Below are positions 47,147-59,563 of a DNA stretch of 64,000 bases, one piece after another. The stretch's first letter is position 1. Every line of letters starts with the position of its first letter. This DNA is from Tegillarca granosa (Eukaryota): assembly GCA_029721355.1 (NCBI GenBank), contig CM056607.1, positions 8,403,309 through 8,467,308 of the forward strand, in the 5' to 3' direction. The translations under genes were made by a program, and so were the position numbers. Below the pieces are notes generated by a model. That model was given only the letters and a program-made list of their open reading frames with translations. It did no database searches and was not told the origin of the DNA.

Positions 47147-48295
47147 CTTTATGTGTTTTAAATTATCAACTTTTTTATATTATCTTAACAGTTTACTTTC
47201 ATGTGATATCAGATATACAAACCAAGAATTTTAACAAACTATTTTCAGTAACTAATAACTATAAAGTTATTATTTATTTTCCATCTTTTGAAAAAAATCA
47301 TACGCTAAGTAGCAAGGATTGATTACTTGGTGAAGTGCCACCGATCATGATTAGCGAAAAAAGTAAAATTACGTGTTCAACATCTTCTTATTAATAGTGA
47401 AATGACTGGATTTTAAGTTTAGAATATTTAGCAATTTTCTATTTTAATTTTAATTTTTTTTTTTTTTTTTTTTTGAAAAAAACTTTACACACACTTTTAA
47501 TATTCCGCGTTTTAGTCATCATTTACTATTAAAAAAAAACAAGAAGTTATGGCCGGATTAACTGAATATTCGTGATTTGTGAAAAACCTTTTCAATTAGT
47601 TTACATACGCCTTTCCGATTCCAAGCAAATAAAATACTATCTAGTCTTAAATTTAAACAGCAAGGAAGCAAAAACTACATTAAACAATGTTATAGAATAA
47701 AGAAGACTTACCGAAAATTCTCCTTTTAAAACCTACTTTTCCGTGCGAGACAAGTTACTTGATATGTAACTTCATACGTTGAAACCAGGGACGTATATAG
47801 CTAGAGTTATAAGTCCCTGGTTGAAACAATAGATTTTAGCGGATCAGTGACAGTACAAACCAAATTAGGAGATAGAACATCTGGATAAAAACACACGTAT
47901 TACCAAATGCGTAGTAATGCCATTTTGTAAACTATAAAAAATTACTAAACTCGTTTTCAAAAACGAGATAGACTCTACGAAGTCATTTAAACAGAATGAC
48001 GCTACGTATTTGATTCTGGTGGTAACAATTACAATGATGACCACTCACGGAGTTCAGAATGATTCTAACCTGGTTGAATCTGTCATTTAGAAGAGACGAC
48101 TTTTCAAAGAATTAATGTAACATTATTTGGTTGGTAAATAAAGGAACTGGACTCCGTGGTAAAATTTCATGATGTTTATTCCACATAATAAAGGTGCTGG
48201 TATCAGTCTAAGGGGTATAGTGTGGTGGTGTAAAGGAGTGGAGCATGCTGCGTCACCACAGCTTCTTGGAAGGCTAAGTGCTACATCCTTCAGAG

Positions 48296-48470
48296 CCTCT
48301 CTCTTGTTCTCTCTCTCTTCTTCCTCTAAAGTAATTGTCCTGAGTATTTATGTATGTTTGTATGCATCTGAGGCAATATCAGTTGTTCTCTTGTTCTCTC
48401 TCTCTTCTTCCTCTAAAGTAATTGTCCTGAGTATTTATGTATGTTTGTATGCATCTGAGGCAATATCAGT
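48296..48470. repeat. Tandem direct duplication of about 86 bp (2 copies).
   Basis: tctcttgttctctctctcttcttcctctaaagtaattgtcctgagtatttatgtatgtttgtatgcatctgaggcaatatcagttgt is repeated. Confidence 0.9.
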
Positions 48471-50399
48471 TGTATGTATCTGTATGCCTTGTATGGATAT
48501 TACACAAGCGATAATAGAATTACAAAGAAATCATGTAAATGGTCAATTAATAATGATAGCATCTATGTATCAAATACTGTAACTAAGATCAACTGAGATC
48601 ATACATTGGCCGGCTATATGTATTAACATTATCCCACATTATCTAATCAGAATCTGCTGTACGTTATTAAACACCATACAGTAAATGGTTGTTAAAGCAG
48701 CATGAGGTAATTTACCATACTACTCAAAGCTTGATATGCAATAATTGATACATTACAAGATAACTTATGACCTTTGTCCGAATTATCCAGAACTAAAGAT
48801 TTATAAAACTTTCCAAATTTTTGAAATTTCTATAACGATACTACCGGTATATATATCGTTACATTTGACTTAAATATATAGCTCTTTAAATTTTAGCCCA
48901 ATTTGCTATAACCTGCTAAGATTGTGCATGGCCAAGCATGCACCCGTACGTTCATTTCATTAATTTTTAAGCATTTTCTCAGGTAATAAAAACAAGGTAT
49001 TATCTTAAGCCAGTTCTTTGACAATCTTTTCCTCTGAAAGCAGCAGGCAGAATAAAACCAAATTTGGATTTAGGAAGGCTATCTCAGACAATTGTTAAGT
49101 TTGCCTTTCTTACAAAAGTCGGTACTATTAACCATAGATGCTGAAAAGAAAAATAAAGTTTACTGACTGACGTATGCACCGACAAATCCACACTTTGCCA
49201 TGTCATAAGCTCAGTTAGCAATAGTCAAACCATGTTGTTTTTGTCGAGCCTGGCATCGCCATTAGGCGAGACTTAAGTGTTACTTTTCCGGAGTCGGTGG
49301 CGCCGTGTCAAAATGTGAAAGTTTATGTTAAAGTAATGAAATTTCTACTCGAACAAAAACTAACATTTAAATCCGAAAATTAATTTTAAAAGGTACCAGT
49401 AAGCAAGGGAAAGACACACAAAAAATATATACATGTAGTAACAAAATTTTTCGGCTTGAAATGGCCAATAATAGCCTTACGCTAAAACTTGACCGGTTTT
49501 CCTTATCCTAGGCTTGTTTGACGATAACCTGGCTAAATACCTGATCTTAAAACAAAGATTTTTATTATTAAACCAAGTGACCTATTTATTGAAAACATGA
49601 CCGTGTATGAATTCGACTTTGCTTTTGTGAACAGTACCACTCAGCAAGTTTGATAAGAATTGAGCAAACATTGTTACTACTTGTATGTGAACAAGGTTTT
49701 TCTTTGATTTAAACTAGTGACCTACATATCTTAACCCTTACACTTTTTTACCAAGCTTTTGTCAAGAGAAATACTTTAGACAGGTTTGAGAAGACTTAAA
49801 GTGTGCAGAATCATATACTGATATATACTGATACTCCATGCATGACACACAAAAACTGACATGTATATCACTCAATCATGTTGTACTCAGGTCAGCTACT
49901 AACCAAAAATAGTCAATGTTTATGATGATCACTACTTCACTGACAATATTTGACATCCCAAAGTCAAAATACAGACACTTTTAAATTAACTAACAAAATA
50001 ATATGGCCATTATACAATAAATAAAAAACACTTATATTTTATAATTTAAAACATAATTTATTTATTTCAATACATGAACATTTATTCTGCATAACTTGAA
50101 GAATATAAACAAATATTTTGTGTTTATTGCTTTTATCATTTTTAAACAGAACACATCTTAATATCTCTATAACAGTACTTGGGACTATTATCACAGGAAC
50201 TTAAAAATCATTATGTCAAACTTCATCCAAAACTTAAAATACTAGCGAATTATGCATGCATAGATCAGAATATGTACACATGTATATATAAAATAAAAAT
50301 TTCTGATGTTATACAAACATTTTCTATGATATCATTTCAAATTCCAAATTTCAGATTTTTATGCTTATATTGGGTTTACTCAGATGCTTATGTTAATTT

Positions 50400-51700
50400 A
50401 CTAAGATGTTAATCTTGGCTTACTTAGATGTTTACCTCAGATTTCTACCGGTATGTTAGTTTACTCTGTTTATTTTGGTTACCTCAGATTTTAACATGGT
50501 GTAACTTTGATACTTATGTTGCTTTATCTAGATACTTAATTGGTTTACCCATGTGCTTACATTATTTTATTAAGATGCGTTTGTTGGTTTACCTAGACAC
50601 TTAACTTGGTTTACCCCTGTGGTTACATTATTTTATTAAGATGATTTTGTTGGTTTACCTAGATACTTAACTTGGTTTACCCATGTGCTTACATTATTTT
50701 ATGAAGATGCTTTTGTTGGTTTACCTAGACACTTAACTTGGTTTACCCATGTGCTTACATTATTTTTATTAAGATGCTTTTGTTGGTTTACCTAGATACT
50801 TCACTTGGTTTACCCATGTGCTTACATTATTTTATTAAGATGCTTTTGTTGGTTTACCTAGATACTTAATTGGTTTACCCATGTGCTTACATTATTTTAT
50901 TAAGATGCTTTTGTTGGTTTACCTAGATACTTAATTGGTTTACCCATGTGCTTACATTATTTTATTAAGATGCTTTTGTTGGTTTACCTAGATACTTAAC
51001 TTGGTTTACCCATGTGCTTACATTATTTTATTAAGATGCTTTTGTTGGTTTACCTAGATACTTCACTTGGTTTACCCATGTGCTTACATTATTTTATTAA
51101 GATGCTTTTGTTGGTTTACCTAGATACTTAACTTGGTTTACCCATGTGCTTACATTATTTTATAAAGATGCTTTTGTTGGTTTACCTAGATACTTCACTT
51201 GGTTTACCCATGTGCTTACATTTTTAATTATTTAGATGATTTTGTTGGTTTACCTAGATACTTAACTTGGTTTACCCATGTGTTTCATTATTTTATTAAG
51301 ATGCTTTTGTTGGTTTACTCAGAGTCTTACATTAGTTTCCTTTGATGCTTTTACTGGTTCACTTAGTTTACATTGTTTTTCCTAGATGTGTTTTTCTAGT
51401 TTACATTGTTTTTCCTAGATATGTTTTTCCCAGATGCTTAAATTAGTTTCCAAGAAGCCTACATTAGTTTACTTTGATGTTTACTCATATGCTTACCTTG
51501 GTTTACTCAGATGCCTAAATTAGTTTACTCAGATGCTTACATTGGTTTACTCGTATGCTTACCTTGGTTTACTCATATGTTACATTAAGTTACTTATATG
51601 CCTACATTAGTTTATTCAGATCCTCATGTTGATTTTTTCATATGCTTACTTACATTGGTTGAATCAGATGCTTACCTTGGTTTACCTAGCTGGCTGTATG
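50400..51700. repeat. Minisatellite of about 66 bp. The core has about 12 well-conserved copies between 50520 and 51300, with diverged flanking copies.
   Basis: ggtttaccc motif at 50542, 50608 and 50674 (period 66). The unit is approximately ttggtttacccatgtgcttacattattttattaagatgcttttgttggtttacctagatacttaac. Confidence 0.9.
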
Positions 51701-52851
51701 TTAATGGTAGTTACTTTTGAAATTGTCGGGTCTACAGGGAAAAACTAAAACTGATTCAAATTTTCAATTTTTAAAAACAAATGTTTTCTATTAAAATTAC
51801 ACTTGCTCTCTACCAATTTTTAATAGAAGATGCTTAATTTGGATTGTGCCATTAAGTCCTAGTACAAATTTAATCAGTTACAAGGGTTTTTACTGTTTGT
51901 GTCTGTTCATTTGCGACATTGAATTAAGCAAAATATTCACAGAAAATTTAAAAAACTTGAAAAAAGTTTGGTATTTTTCACTAACTTGAGTCTAGTCATA
52001 ATAAGAAATTGCTATGCACATCTGTGATTAACAAAAAAATATTTCTGTTCAAAGAAACTTTTTGCTGCTATGGGGATGCAACATGTTCAAAAATGGTGAT
52101 GTATATGTCGGAAGTTATGTTTATATGAAGAATCCACTATTTGCCTTATTTCTAATTAACTGTGTAAAATCTCTGTAGCAGCAGCAATTTCCCGTCGACC
52201 GAAATATTTTATGGTAATCATAGATGTACATACTGTATGTACATAGTGATTTTCAGTTACAACTAGACTCAAGAAAGTAATTTTGAATAATATCAAACTG
52301 AATTAAAGTTTATTAGATTTTCTATGAAAGTTTTGCATAATTCACTGTCACAAACACAGCGACACAAACAGTGGTGAATTTCTTGATTTGTTTTCATTGA
52401 TATTCTGAACGATAGTAGTTTAAACAGATTTTACTGTGCATATCCTGGTAAGTCCAACATATAAATCTTCATTGGTATTCTGAACGATAGTAGTTTAAAC
52501 AGCTTTTACTGTGCATATCCTGTTAAGTCCAACATATATATCTAAAGTTTCAACATAAGATTAAATTCATTATTTAAATTTTGGTATACATGTATTTCAT
52601 ATTATAAATCTTTACAAACAACTGGAATATAAATGACCATTTTTTATTCAATAACTAAGTACAATGCAATATCTCATATGTACCAACTTTGAAATTTTAA
52701 CAAAATTATCACATTTTTTTAACCCTGACAAAAACATCAACATATTACAGAAAAAAAATTATTGATGTGGGACATAAATCTATATGTATAAGGGGCAGGT
52801 AAGTTTTGCCACAAAAAGACACAAACTCAAGTTTCTGGGGCCTAAGGTTTA

Positions 52852-52856
<5 letters not shown>

Positions 52857-52902
<46 letters not shown>
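52857..52902. repeat. (AC)n microsatellite.
   Basis: Direct reading of the sequence. Confidence 0.95.
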
Positions 52903-52904
<2 letters not shown>

Positions 52905-55059
52905 GGCTGACATGATCTGTTGTTGATATCTATAGATCAGAGTCGAGTTCAAAGGTCAAAACATTACAATACTGAAGTAAATCATGATTCTTGGGTTGAT
53001 ATATATAGACCAGAAAAGTTAAACAACATACAAACAAAAGTTACTAAGGTTAAAGTTCACAATTTTACAATGTTGACAAGGTCACATGTTGATGATTAAA
53101 TATCAAAAATAAGCAGCAAGATACAACTAATCTTTGCAATCCATCCAGCTGCCAGATTAATGAGTGCAATTAAATATACTAGGGTTAACCTTGTGATAGA
53201 CTTATCTCCCATTAAAAGTATTGTATTCATGTCTCTGAAATCAGGATAAGCACCAACTTGATGAGCCTAAAGGCTTTCAACAGACTATCTTTAATTGTGT
53301 AGTTATGACTAGTATCTGACCTTGACCTCAGATAATGACATCATATAAAAGAATACAATAACTTACAATCTGAAACCCTTAAATGATCATCTTCATTAAT
53401 ACACGAAATAATGACCTCTTTACACTGATGGCTAAGGTCAAGGACAACAAATTTACATATTTCATTTTGAAACTCATAGTAACACTAATGAGAAAAAAAA
53501 TTATTATTTCAAGTTTCATTTTATTACAAATGTATTACTGGTATTAATACTATTGGAGTAGTTAGGTTTTTTTAAAAAAAAACTTGAATCAAAATAAAAT
53601 AAGCTTACAACAAAGATGATTATTACACTGTCTACCACATAACTGATACATTATTTTATACAAAAATGGGACTATGGTAATATGATTGTCAAGGAATGCA
53701 TCTATTCCTGAGAATGTCTTTTCCTATACTGATATGTTATTATAATGATACAGATAAGACACATTGGTCCGATTATAGGTGCAATATGAAATACATGTAC
53801 TCTGTAATTTACATTTTATGTCCTTTTCACGAGTACATGTACTGCAATTTTTTTCATAAGGTTTTTATAATACAAACAGTACGAAATATCCTACAGGTAA
53901 TATACATAATATCAAAGTAGGAGTATACATACTAACAAAACACTTAAAAATAGATAATAATAAATAGAAAGACAGTGGTGGATAGAACCTTTAAACAATG
54001 GAGTCTAAAAAATTAGGGGACTCAAATTTAAAAAAGTGAGGTATTTTCAAGCGGTTTACATGTAATGCATTTGCTAATCTCATTTTCTGTAAGCCAATAC
54101 ATGTATGCATGTATATTATGTATTTTATTAAATGTAAAAGAAAAAAGTACTATTGCATATTAATATTATTAAGCAAAATCCAAATCTTTTATCTAATGTC
54201 TCTAATTATTTTTAAGATGTCAAACTAGTCAGTCAATAAAATATCTTGTAACCTGACTTAGTACAAGAAGTAACTATGTAATTATTTAGATGTCTAGAAA
54301 TTGCTATATCTTCTATTGCCATGGGAAGCAAACATAATAATATGCATTGTGCCAATAAATGATGTCATATGTATAAGTCTATGCAACAAAAATTCAAGTC
54401 ACATGACAATGGTAATTATAGTTCATATTAATACATCTGTTCTAAAAATGAGTTTTATACAGAAATATAAGGTAATTAGAAATACATGTACCAACAATTT
54501 GTTTAGAGACCTTCAGATTGACCAAACAAGTCAAAAATCAAATTTAAAAAGAAGACTTAGATAATCAAAGACATTGAAATCACTGTGCTCAATTTGATCT
54601 TTAGTGATTTTCCTAATACATGTATGTTTCAGTTTGTGGTACATTTGTACATGTATTTTTTTAAAATTTAAATGGTAGCTAAAAATAACACACACATATA
54701 AGACTCTATAATATGCCTACAGCAGCACATGGTGTGATGGTAAAAATCACATTGATGCACTTACAGATTATTTAAATAAAGTGTGGGATAATAAAATTTC
54801 ATACAGTAATAAAAAAACAAGAAATCATATGGATTTGAAATCAAGAAAAATTTTATATTGGAAAATAGTTCATAGTCATAAATAAAATTGTTGCAAAATT
54901 AAAATGATTTAAGGTTCCATTTTAAAAAAAATTATGAAAGTATAAAATTAATATTTTCAACATAATCAAGGAAATATAAAATGTATATAAAAATAAAATT
55001 GTGAAAAATACTAAGTTCTTAAAAATCAACTATGGTAAAATATAACTAATAACAATGTT

Positions 55060-55332
55060 TCAATCTGTGAAACGCCTCTGATATATCTTATAAAAGACTC
55101 TAAATGCACCTCTAACCATCAGACATAACCAATATATCTGTAATACCAGAATACTCAGACAACCAATATTACACTTGATTGGTATGGCACTCGGGACTCT
55201 CCATACTGATATGTTAGAAAATTGTGCGTACTTCCAGTAAAGATATGGGAATATAAAAACTCTTGATATCGCAAATGTGACAATCATACACAGTCCGCAG
55301 ATAATGTATGCTGATGTATGCTTTAGGTTTAA
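55060..55332 (-). CDS. TLC (TRAM/LAG1/CLN8) domain membrane-protein gene, terminal coding exon (LNLKHTSAYIICGLCMIVTFAISRVFIFPYLYWKYAQ...LSILVLQIYWLCLMVRGAFRVFYKIYQRRFTD*).
   Basis: Acceptor is tttttttacag|TTAAAC. The C-terminal LxxLVLQxYWxxLxxR motif and the RVFIFPYLYW pattern match the conserved C-terminal signature of Lag1/CerS/TLCD proteins. Confidence 0.5.
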   Translation of the reverse strand, partial: LNLKHTSAYIICGLCMIVTFAISRVFIFPYLYWKYAQFSNISVWRVPSAIPIKCNIGCLSILVLQIYWLCLMVRGAFRVFYKIYQRRFTD

Positions 55333-55450
55333 CTGTAAAAAAAATGTACATAAAATGTTAGTAAAGTAAAACCTGAACATAACAATAGGCTCAAAAGGCC
55401 TAAGCGGTCACCTGAGGCCATGAAGTACTGTAGCTCACAAAAAAGGATTA

Positions 55451-55488
55451 AATTTCTATCTTGTTTTTTTTTTTTTTTTTTTTTTTTG
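55451..55488. repeat. Poly(T) tract.
   Basis: Direct reading of the sequence. Confidence 0.9.
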
Positions 55489-55867
55489 TATCAAAATAGA
55501 AATGGTTTACTGTTTACTGTGACCTTGAATGATGGTCAAAGTCAACAAGCTTCGCAAATTTGGTAGTACTTAGTGTCCTGATGCCATATGATGTTTCAAG
55601 CTTCTAGGCCATTTGGTTCACGACAATAAGATGTTTAAAGTTTTTTTTAAGGATTTTTATTGAAGTTAGTGCTTGCTCAAGGTAAGCAATATGCAGCAAC
55701 AATAAATATCCAAGTTAATATTATTCTGTACATTATCTAAAACAGGACTGAATTTCAAATGACTGTGTGTGTAGTGTGTGCATCATGCTGATATTTTTAT
55801 CTGCTCTGTTTATTTTTCCATGCTGTTTAAGTGGTAAGATTGGCATATTTTATTAACAATTTCTTAC

Positions 55868-55963
55868 CTGCACAAGAACATTTCTGACGGCTATAAATGG
55901 GACAGCAAGTTCAACTTGGTAAAATAAGCCCACGAAATAATCACCAATACCTTTTCTAAAAAA
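55868..55963 (-). CDS. TLC-domain gene internal exon (FFRKGIGDYFVGLFYQVELAVPFIAVRNVLVQ).
   Basis: Acceptor is tttttacag|TTTTTTAG and donor is GTGCAG|GTAAGA. It is in phase 0 on both sides and joins the neighbouring exons in frame. Confidence 0.5.
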
Positions 55964-56479
55964 CTGTAAAAAGAAAAGAAGTCTACGATAGAAATAATTC
56001 AAACTGTTCTTATATCAAAACATTACATATTGGCAACCAAATACAAAAGTCTGTAAATTTGGGGTTTTGTCCCAGTTAGTTTAGTATTGGTTACTTTTTT
56101 TGGTATATTGAAATGTTATGAGCAAAAATGCAGTTAATCTTTAAAAAGAACTTATAGCAATGAGCATTTTAAATGTTCTATTTGTCCTATGATATGGGAT
56201 ACCACTTTACTAAGACTAATTTGAGAAACCTATGATATTAAAAATCGTAACCAAAACAATGTTATACATAGTACAGGAACTGTTTTTGAAAGTAATATGA
56301 TAAAAATAATAATTTAGTTGTTTCCATTTACAAGAATTAACTTAAAAAAAAATTAAATAAATAAATAAAATAAAATAAATAAATAATTAAAGAGTGCTAA
56401 GGGAGATAATCTCCAATATTTTTCAGGTCCACCTGTTCAATTATAGAAGTTTATGTGCATATAACTAGCTACCACTTAC

Positions 56480-56684
56480 TATTATTACTGGAAATATGGC
56501 ATTTGGTAATACAATATGATGAATCATCATGGCTTTATCCTGTAGAACAAACTTCTTGATACCATAGTAATGACCTTTGGAATGGAATTGTGGGTGGCTG
56601 TGCCAATAAGACATATACTTTGCCCAAGTGTCATAGTAAAAATATGGCATGGCAAAGCAGGCATATGTATTTGTTAACCAGTGC
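56480..56684 (-). CDS. TLC-domain gene internal exon (HWLTNTYACFAMPYFYYDTWAKYMSYWHSHPQFHSKGHYYGIKKFVLQDKAMMIHHIVLPNAIFPVII).
   Basis: Acceptor is ttttgcag|GCACTGG and donor is ATAATA|GTAAGT. The YFxYD and IHHxV motifs are reminiscent of the TLC/Lag1p motif. Upstream exons are not located. Confidence 0.45.
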
Positions 56685-58437
56685 CTGCAAAATAGAAAAA
56701 ATCATGATATGAAACTAAACTATCAGTAGAGTATTTTATTTTTTATGGTAAACTATCTAAACTTCCGAACCCTGTTGCATCATTTTTTCATCTTTTTTGG
56801 CCCATATAGGTAGGGCAAAATAGGTTACCAGCACCATATTTTGTTGTTCACTGCATTGAGTAGTTTCTAGGGGATATGGTACAATAGATGGAGAAGGGAT
56901 TGATAATAACACCATTTGCTTCATGGAAAAAGGTGAGACTATTCAAAGCTATCAGAAGATGTGTGTAGTTTGCCTACATCCTAGTACAACAAATTCAATT
57001 GATAAGATAGACAACTGGTAAATCCTTCAATTCATGCAATCAATGGAAATTTTAATTTTAATTTTTATACTTGATGAGCTATGCTCTGTAACAATACAAG
57101 GGGCACCACAAGGTACCATTTTCCATTCTACAAGTTGCAATTTTTCCCTGGAGTGTCCTAGGCTCTTTTTCATTCTGATGTACACTTTAGTGTGCATGTG
57201 TCCCTTGTAAACTGATTTCTGAAACTGACAACACTGATAGCTAAAGGGGTTGGGAGGATAAGGGTCGATTTCGGCCCCATCTCTAATTTCATTAATATTT
57301 TAATATTTCTAAAGACCACTTATTACTTTAATCAAAAACAGTTCATTTCAAATATTATGACGTCATGGAGGATAATCGCGGGGCTCTAAAAGGGGGCACT
57401 TATTTACTGCAAAAAACAGATTTTCCCCCTTGTTTAATCGTTAAATAAGAAAGAAATACAATAGAAACGTAAGCAAATTGTTACCAGAATAATACTGTAG
57501 ATTGCTAAAATTTATTTGTTTACTTTCAGTTTTAATATTTTTCTAATATTAGTGAAGAAGTGTTTTGTCAATTGTGATCAGTAAAAAGGACAAGTCTCAA
57601 TTGAGGGAGGGAGGGACTTGAAAAAAATTTGGGTGGGTAAATGTTCTAGATTCTAACTCTATAAGTTATTTTCACGCATCTGAAGATGCATTCATTTTTT
57701 CCTTTGTATTAGCGATCGATTCATTGATTGAAATTAAAGTTGGTTTGTCGATATTTCAGCAGCTTTCGATGAAATATCATAAATAGAAAATAGAATGAAA
57801 TAGACTCTAAAAAGGTTTCGTTTAGAAATTATAATACCATTGTTTCAAATGAGAAGGGGAGCTGTTGATGTAACGTTATACAGGTCGAATAAAAAAATGC
57901 CGCAACGGAAGATATTGATCCTTTAGAAAATGAATGATTTTGTGATAACTTTATTGCAAAATTGATCGACAGCTTCCTGTGCTATTTTGAATTATAATAT
58001 TTCATAAAAATTCAAAAGAAGTATATGACAGCAGGTTGAATAACACAGAAATTAAGAAAATTGCAGCTGGAGAAACTGTACTTAAAAATCAAGCTACAAA
58101 TTCCACACTGAACAACAAATGGCTTTAACATTAAACGGTAATCGTGTTTGTTAAGACCACCAATTACAAGAATGTTTACTTTAGACGAAAACTGGAAAAA
58201 TGACAATCGTGTCCAGTTGCATGGTTTATTGGTGCTGTTGGTTGAATATGTAATGCTTTACACTCCATGAGCAGTCAAATTAATTTCACTTAAATTGATA
58301 AATTCATTTGAGAGATAAATGAGAAAACTTAGTTATCCGGAGAAAACCGACGAACTTTGACAGCAAACTTTAGCAAAATCATACGATAAAAAGAGAGATT
58401 CAAACCCAGCCGGTAAGAATTCGGCGTTTGAACAGTG

Positions 58438-58729
58438 AATTGAATTAAGTAATTTTGTTTAACGTCCCAAGTCAAGATTATTTTACTTATATCAAGACGT
58501 CGCCAGCTATAGGCGAAAGTGCAGAAATTTTACCTGTGCGTTGCGCTGACGGCATTACACAGCAAGGTTCTTTATTGTGCCACGCCTACCGTAACACGGG
58601 ACCTCGTTAATTTTTAGTTTCATTTCGTAATGCCGAGTGCTTGGCGAAAGAACAGTCACTACCCACTTTCGAATCTTGGGTCAGTCTCGGTCGGGGTTCG
58701 AACCAACGATCTCCCACTTACGGGGCGAG
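58438..58729 (-). mobile_element. tRNA-derived SINE copy flanked by a 13-bp direct repeat (candidate TSD GTTTGAACAGTGA).
   Basis: The minus-strand head ...ccccgtaagtgggagatcgttggttcgaaccccgaccgagac carries a B-box-like GGTTCGAACC. GTTTGAACAGTGA occurs at 58425-58437 and 58730-58742. Confidence 0.45.
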
Positions 58730-59563
58730 TTTGAACAGTGAGCCTGTCTATGAGATCACTGGACCTCCTTTTAGTGTTAATGAACACTTAAAATATTATA
58801 ATGGCAACATATTGTTCAGTATTGTTGTTTAGCTGGTAGGTTTTAAAAAATGGAGCTTTACGGTCCTTTTAATACTCAACTTTTATCAAGACTGTCATTT
58901 TTTTTTGGATGGGGTGGGGGGATGATGCTTTATGTTCATTATGTGCACAGTCGAACTTGCCTTAAAGACTACCTCTCATTTAAAGATCACCTGCATGAAA
59001 AGCCCAGGGACATTTAATTTCATGTCAAGTCTGATTATTTAACCTGTATGTGAAGACCATCTGTTAATAAAGACAGATTCAACAAGTTCTCTTTAGTGGT
59101 CGTTATAGACAGTTTGAATGTATAAACAATGATAAACACTTCCTGTGGCTGTTAACGAATGAAATTAAAAAAAAAAAAAACATTTCTAAAGTTTATGTAA
59201 GATAATATATATTTCTAGGCTGGTACTGATTTGCTCCTGTATGAAACAGTGAACGTCCAGGAAAAATAACAAAAAATATTCATGCTTATAGATAATCAGA
59301 CAAAAATATGACACACAAAACCCTGATACTAAACTCTTTTGACAGATTTTGAATTGAAAACTTCAGACTGTACAGAAATAATTTAGTGACTAAAATCTCT
59401 TTATCGCATTACGTTACTAGTCACTATATACACATGAAATAATAAAAATCATCAAGTAGTCATTTGTTTTAATTAAGGTCAGTTTGATTTAAATGCGTTT
59501 CTGCACACAAATAAACAACTATTATCAGTTACTATATTTATGTAGATATGCAGTGTATTAGGT

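Noticed and set aside
48169-48582. 137-aa ORF
   Set aside because: Spans an 86-bp direct duplication with low-complexity Ser/Leu content. Likely non-coding.
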